In this document: one piece after another, positions 59,473-64,000 of the stretch
Position numbering within the stretch: position 1 is the first letter of the stretch
How the letters are laid out: each line of letters starts with the position of its first letter
Source of the DNA: Campylobacterota bacterium
Lineage (GTDB): Bacteria > Campylobacterota > Campylobacteria > Campylobacterales > Sulfurimonadaceae
Length of the DNA stretch: 64,000 bases
Direction of reading: 5' to 3'
Assembly (NCBI GenBank): GCA_034661055.1
Contig: JAYEKO010000061.1
Location: 1 to 64,000, forward strand
The notes under the pieces: model-generated
What the model saw: only the letters and a program-made list of their open reading frames with translations
Database searches by the model: none
What the model was told of the DNA's origin: nothing
Program-made: the position numbers and the translations under genes

Positions 59473-59493
59473 AACAACTAAAGGAAAGATATT

Positions 59494-59754
59494 ATGATAT
59501 CCGTAAGATTAGAAGAGTCTATAGAAAAGCAGCTTAATGTTTTGGCTAAAGATAAGCATATATCAAAAAGTAAAATCGTCAAAGAAGCACTTTTTCATTA
59601 CTTTAATATGCTTAAAAGTGAATCAAAACAGAAATCCCCCTATGAGCTTGGAAGTGAACTTTTTGGGAATTACTCAAGCGGAAGTGATAATCTCTCCACA
59701 ACATATAAATCAAAACTAAAAGAGAAAATAGATGCAAAAAACTCTCATAGATAG
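59494..59754 (+). CDS. CopG/ribbon-helix-helix antitoxin (VapB-like)
   Basis: MISVRLEE..EKQL..LA....SKSKIVKEAL RHH fold; overlaps the PIN gene. Confidence 0.85.
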   Translation: MISVRLEESIEKQLNVLAKDKHISKSKIVKEALFHYFNMLKSESKQKSPYELGSELFGNYSSGSDNLSTTYKSKLKEKIDAKNSHR

Positions 59755-60142
59755 TGGACCTCTTATAGCACTGTTTGATAAAGGAGATAGGTATCATCAA
59801 GATGTTTTAGCATTTATGAAAAACTTTCGGGGTGAACTTATAACCTCATGGTCGGTCATCACAGAAGTATCTCATATGTTAGATTTCCACTTACAGGTGC
59901 AGATAGATTTTTTGCATTGGATTGAAGCTGGTGCTGTAACATTGTATGATATTTCACAAAATGATATAGTAGATATAAGAGTTATGATACAAAAGCACAT
60001 GGACATACCTATGGATTTAGCTGATGCTTCGCTAATGTATATAGCCAATAAAGAAGATATAAAAAAAATTGTAAGTATAGATAGTGATTTTGATATATAT
60101 AGAACACTAAAAAAACAGAATTTAAATAATTTATTGAGATGA
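59732..60142 (+). CDS. vapC: PIN-domain toxin (VapC-like)
   Basis: LIDSGPLIAL, VITEV, MDLADASL and SIDSDF acidic PIN residues. Confidence 0.88.
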   Translation: MQKTLIDSGPLIALFDKGDRYHQDVLAFMKNFRGELITSWSVITEVSHMLDFHLQVQIDFLHWIEAGAVTLYDISQNDIVDIRVMIQKHMDIPMDLADASLMYIANKEDIKKIVSIDSDFDIYRTLKKQNLNNLLR

Positions 60143-60154
60143 TATAATACTATT

Positions 60155-60400
60155 ATGGCAAATGACCTTAAAACAAGGGGTGTCAAATTACTGGATGAAG
60201 CACTTCAACAAGATGATGAAGCAATTATTAGCGTACGTGGAAAGCCTAAGTACGTTGTAATGAATTTTGAACATTATAATTATCTCAGAGAGTGTGAACT
60301 TGAAGCTGCACTAATAGAGGCACGCAAAGAGATCGAAGAGGGAAAAGCAAAAACATTGACAGCTGATGAGCATATCAAGGCGCTTCATAATGACTTATAA
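60155..60400 (+). CDS. Phd/YefM family antitoxin
   Basis: ANDLKTRG...IISVRGKPKYVVM..EHY. Confidence 0.85.
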   Translation: MANDLKTRGVKLLDEALQQDDEAIISVRGKPKYVVMNFEHYNYLRECELEAALIEARKEIEEGKAKTLTADEHIKALHNDL

Positions 60401-60503
60401 GTTAATCTTTACAGAACAGTATGAAAAGCGTTTACGTAAATTCATCAAGAAACATCTTTTAATACTCTATCCAATATCTTTTTCGCAGGGAGAAGCTTTT
60501 TAG
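60390..60503 (+). pseudogene. Truncated RelE/ParE-superfamily toxin remnant
   Basis: MTYKLIFTEQYEKRLRKFIKKH resembles RelE/YafQ-like toxin N-termini and overlaps the Phd antitoxin stop, but ends after 37 aa (about 90 expected). Confidence 0.65.
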
Positions 60504-60567
60504 GAACTTAATAGACTTGTCAAAACCCATAAATAAGAATAAAATACGAATAGCATATAGGATACCA

Positions 60568-61491
60568 ATGAACTATCAAAAAATTTTGCAAGAGATACAG
60601 CAAGAAGTTTCACCACTATTTGGTCAAGGAAAAGTAGCAGACTATATTCCAGCATTAGCCGAAATCAATCCTAAACAGTTTGCAATGTCCATTACCTTAC
60701 TTGATGGAACACAATACCACATAGGACCAGTTGATACAAAATTCTCCATACAGAGTATCTCTAAAGTGTTTGCATTGACATTGGCTTTAGAGTTTTTTGG
60801 AAAAGAGCTATATGCACGTGTTGGAGTAGAGCCTTCTGGTGACCCGTTTAACTCACTCATTCAACTTGAATATGAAAATGGAATTCCACGAAATCCTTTT
60901 ATTAATGCTGGAGCTATTGTTATAGTTGATGCACTACTAAATGGCCATGATAATGGGGAACTTACTTTTGAACATGTCCTAAGATTTGTACGAAATATTG
61001 CAGATGATAAAAATATTCAAATTGACTCTGAAATAGCAGACTCTGAGATGATGAGTGGATATCGTAATCTTGCACTAGCAAGTTTAATGAAAAGCTTCAA
61101 CAACCTCAGTAACTACCCAATTACGGTATTAGAAACCTATTTTAAGCAGTGTGCTATTGCTATGAACACCAAACAGCTATCTCGAGCAATGCTCTATCTT
61201 GCCAATGCAGGTACTGACCCTGTTACTGGTAGAAAAATTACAGCCACTCACAGAGCAAAACGTATTAATGCCATTATGTTAACCTGCGGACATTATGATG
61301 CTTCTGGTGAATTTGCTTTTAATGTGGGGCTTCCAGGTAAAAGTGGTGTTGGTGGAGGAATTGTTTCAGTTGTTCCGGGAGTTATGGGAATTTGTGTTTA
61401 TGCACCAGAGCTTAACAGTAGCGGAAATTCTCTTATTGGCACAAAAGCATTAGAGCTCTTTACTACTAAGACAGGTCTTTCAATTTTTTAA
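60568..61491 (+). CDS. glsA: Glutaminase
   Basis: GKVADYIPAL, FSIQSISK, NPFINAGA and GLPGKSGVGGG; ATG 60568. Confidence 0.96.
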   Translation: MNYQKILQEIQQEVSPLFGQGKVADYIPALAEINPKQFAMSITLLDGTQYHIGPVDTKFSIQSISKVFALTLALEFFGKELYARVGVEPSGDPFNSLIQLEYENGIPRNPFINAGAIVIVDALLNGHDNGELTFEHVLRFVRNIADDKNIQIDSEIADSEMMSGYRNLALASLMKSFNNLSNYPITVLETYFKQCAIAMNTKQLSRAMLYLANAGTDPVTGRKITATHRAKRINAIMLTCGHYDASGEFAFNVGLPGKSGVGGGIVSVVPGVMGICVYAPELNSSGNSLIGTKALELFTTKTGLSIF

Positions 61492-61736
61492 TTGGCTCGG
61501 GTAAGCTTTACTTCACCTTTTAAGACTTTTAAGGTTTTTTTATTATCTAAATTATGTGTAATTATTACCAGCGTATCATTAGGATCAGGCGTGTTTGATA
61601 CGACACTGTCCCCCGAATAAACCTTGACCTCCTCACAACTTTTTACAATAACACCTCTGTCAACAAATGCACTACTGTCACTACCGCAAGCACTAAGCAT
61701 AAAAATCAGTACTACTAATATGCTACTTTGTCTCAT
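61488..61736 (-). CDS. Small lipoprotein
   Basis: LSA-C lipobox, 82 aa; starts 9 nt after the large repeat gene. Confidence 0.75.
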   Translation of the reverse strand: MRQSSILVVLIFMLSACGSDSSAFVDRGVIVKSCEEVKVYSGDSVVSNTPDPNDTLVIITHNLDNKKTLKVLKGEVKLTRAN

Positions 61737-61745
61737 TTTAAGCCC

Positions 61746-64000
61746 CTATTTAAATTTTATCTCTGTAGTTAATGGTGTCAATATTTTAATAACTCTATCG
61801 CACCGACCTACTTTCTCCATTGAAACAGTACTTCCTGCTTCAAAACTGCTGCTTTGATTTAGAGTCAAATTTTCTGAAACGACATTGGATGCACTAGGGT
61901 TAATAAATTCAAACTTTGTTCTGATTTTACCATCTGTATCAGTTGCAGCAACAACATTAAAACTAACACCACATCCATTTTCATAAGATTTAGTTACAAT
62001 CCCGCTATTATCTATGGTTGTTGTAGAGTTATCTAGAGATGAGCCCACTATAGTATATTTTCTTCTATTTAGGAGTGCTTCAGTAGAGGAGACGAGGTGT
62101 AATTGACGGGCATATAGATCTGTTTGTGCCACCATTTGAGTATTATCACTATGAGATACTAGCTGTATTTCACTATTTTCTGTCACAAAAACTTCTGAGT
62201 TCTTAATGTTGGTACTTGCTGTAGAGACACCACCTATTTTACTAACCGTTGATTCTAAAACACCATCTTGCCTCATCACTGCACTAAGTGTTGCAGATGG
62301 ATTTACATGTAAAAAGCTTATTGATGTTTGGGAGTCTTGTTTTACTGCAATGTCTAGGCCCGCTTTATATGACAACAGTTTTGATTTATTCTCATTCATA
62401 CTGTTGTGTAAAACAATATAAGAGAGTCCATTATGATACAAGCTTGTTGTTGCTTTAAAACTTTCACTATTGTCTAAAACTAGTTGTGAACTCACTTCAA
62501 TACTATCATCACCTATTGCATCTGTAGTCTCTATATTTTCAATTTGATAACTACTTTGCTCACTGTTTCCATCTATTAATAGAGAGTAGTTTGCAACTTC
62601 AATATCTGATGTAACTCTATTAAATCCTCCAAAGTTAATAAAATCAATATCTGTATATACATTTTTTGGGGCTAAACTTGGAACTTGTATGTGTTGCAAT
62701 GTAGCAAAAGCATCTAAAGTACACACACCTGGTACTGGCGTATAACTATTAACACCATCCAAATCACTACCTGAGCAGTCTTCATCTATACCATTGTCTG
62801 GTACCTCTACGGCATTAGGATAAACAGCACTATTATAATCATTACAATCACCAGTCTCTGGAGTGTAACCATCACCATCGGTATCCAAAGTTGATGGATC
62901 ACTCTTGTCTTGACCTGAGCAGTCCTCATCAATACCATTATTTGCTACTTCTATTGCTGCTGGATTAATACTGCTGTCATAATCATTACAATCCCCGCCA
63001 GATGGTCTATAGCCATCCCCGTCTTCATCATTTTGAGTAGTATCATCACTAGCCTCATTGTCACCGGAACAGTCTTCATCAATACCGTTATTAGCTATCT
63101 CAGTTGCATTAGGAAATATAGCACTATTGTTATCATTACAATCCCCACCAGATGGAGTGTAGCCATCGCCATCACCATCTAGAACAGATGGATTAATAAG
63201 ATCCTCTCCTGAACAGTCCTCATCTATACCATTATTGGCTATTTCTATTACCGTTGGGTAGATAAGACTATTATTATCGTTGCAATCACCATGTGCTGGA
63301 GTATAACCATCTCCATCACTATCAATTGCAGAAGGGTCAATTAAATCTTTGCCTGAACAGTCTTCATCAATACCATTATTTGCTATCTCAGTCGCAGTAG
63401 GATATTTTACTGCATTAAAATCATCACAGTCGCCATCTGCTACCGAGTAACCATCTCCATCCATATCAATTAAAGTACCATCACCTGAGCTACCATCTCC
63501 ATCGGTGCCACTTCCTGTTCCGCCACCTGAGCTACCATCTCCATCGGTGCCAGTATCTATAAAGTCGCCTCCGGAACAGTCTTCATCAATTCCATTATTT
63601 GGTATCTCTGTTGCTCCTGGATATACTAAAGGGTCAGTGTCATCACAATCTCCACCTACAACTGTAAAACCATCATAATCATTATCATTATCTGTAATAG
63701 AGTCATCTATAACATCTCCACCATAACAGTCTTCATCAATACCGTTATTTGGTATATCTGTTACTCCTGGATTAATAGCACTATTATTATCATTACAGTC
63801 ACCATCTGCTACACTGTAACCATCCCCATCTGCATCTATAGAAGATTCATCAACTTCATCACCATTAAGACAATCCTCATCAATACCATTATTTGGTATC
63901 TCTATTGCACCTGGATGAATATTTACATTAAAGTCATTACAGTCTCCACTTGCAGGAGTGAAAGTATCTCCGTCATGGTCTAAAAGAGAATCATCAATTA
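61746..64000 (-). CDS. Large acidic protein with MopE-type putative metal-binding repeats (5' end outside the window)
   Basis: Frame is open from 63998 to the stop at 61746. At least 8 repeats DxDGDGY..xDC(N/D)D....(Y/N)P.A.EI.NNGIDEDC.G.D, then a beta-rich C-terminal domain. Confidence 0.85.
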   Translation of the reverse strand, partial: IDDSLLDHDGDTFTPASGDCNDFNVNIHPGAIEIPNNGIDEDCLNGDEVDESSIDADGDGYSVADGDCNDNNSAINPGVTDIPNNGIDEDCYGGDVIDDSITDNDNDYDGFTVVGGDCDDTDPLVYPGATEIPNNGIDEDCSGGDFIDTGTDGDGSSGGGTGSGTDGDGSSGDGTLIDMDGDGYSVADGDCDDFNAVKYPTATEIANNGIDEDCSGKDLIDPSAIDSDGDGYTPAHGDCNDNNSLIYPTVIEIANNGIDEDCSGEDLINPSVLDGDGDGYTPSGGDCNDNNSAIFPNATEIANNGIDEDCSGDNEASDDTTQNDEDGDGYRPSGGDCNDYDSSINPAAIEVANNGIDEDCSGQDKSDPSTLDTDGDGYTPETGDCNDYNSAVYPNAVEVPDNGIDEDCSGSDLDGVNSYTPVPGVCTLDAFATLQHIQVPSLAPKNVYTDIDFINFGGFNRVTSDIEVANYSLLIDGNSEQSSYQIENIETTDAIGDDSIEVSSQLVLDNSESFKATTSLYHNGLSYIVLHNSMNENKSKLLSYKAGLDIAVKQDSQTSISFLHVNPSATLSAVMRQDGVLESTVSKIGGVSTASTNIKNSEVFVTENSEIQLVSHSDNTQMVAQTDLYARQLHLVSSTEALLNRRKYTIVGSSLDNSTTTIDNSGIVTKSYENGCGVSFNVVAATDTDGKIRTKFEFINPSASNVVSENLTLNQSSSFEAGSTVSMEKVGRCDRVIKILTPLTTEIKFK
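62761..63998 (-). repeat. About 150-bp degenerate coding repeats (at least 8 units)
   Basis: Recurrent CAGTC(C/T)TCATC(A/T)ATACC(A/G)TT cores. Confidence 0.9.

Noticed and set aside
59207..60567. Integron cassette array, prophage or IS around the TA genes
   Set aside because: No integrase, transposase, convincing attC or terminal repeats seen.
63462..63464. ATG 63464 as the true start of the MopE-repeat protein
   Set aside because: The frame stays open with more repeats up to the window edge, so the start lies outside the window.

Overview
This is an AT-rich (about 35% GC by eye) chromosomal window from a Campylobacterota bacterium. The r-protein and RNA polymerase sequences and the gene order suggest a Sulfurimonas-like organism, which is an inference. 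Left to right it contains: a PpiC-like foldase; a highly repetitive acidic/Pro-rich lipoprotein; a near-complete but rearranged type II secretion cluster (K-L-M-N-C-D-E-I-J on minus, divergent G-H-F on plus); PBP1A, bioF and alaS; two c-di-GMP enzymes; murG-ftsW and sigma54-flgBC-fliE-ftsI; panC, prfB and an Ate/Bpt transferase; the tRNA(Thr,Tyr,Gly,Thr)-tuf-rpmG-tRNA(Trp)-secE-nusG-rplKAJL-rpoBC-rpsLG-fusA cluster; yaaA-CDGSH-thioredoxin; an LVIVD-repeat lipoprotein; ferredoxin-panD-ybaB-ispA-tkt; a toxin-antitoxin islet with a truncated toxin; glutaminase; and the 3' part of a large MopE-type repeat protein. Three signals are not explained by this gene list. (1) A highly iterated palindrome (TT)TACATGTA(AA), with 33 octamer copies by manual count against about 2-3 expected. 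It is written into coding sequence as LHV, TC or YMY and is paired into long inverted repeats after stop codons, which resembles HIP1 or a DNA uptake sequence. (2) A three-copy, about 77-nt multi-hairpin intergenic element with compensatory base changes, found in the r-protein superoperon. (3) A set of candidate T2SS surface cargo lipoproteins. All counts are manual and no database search was possible.
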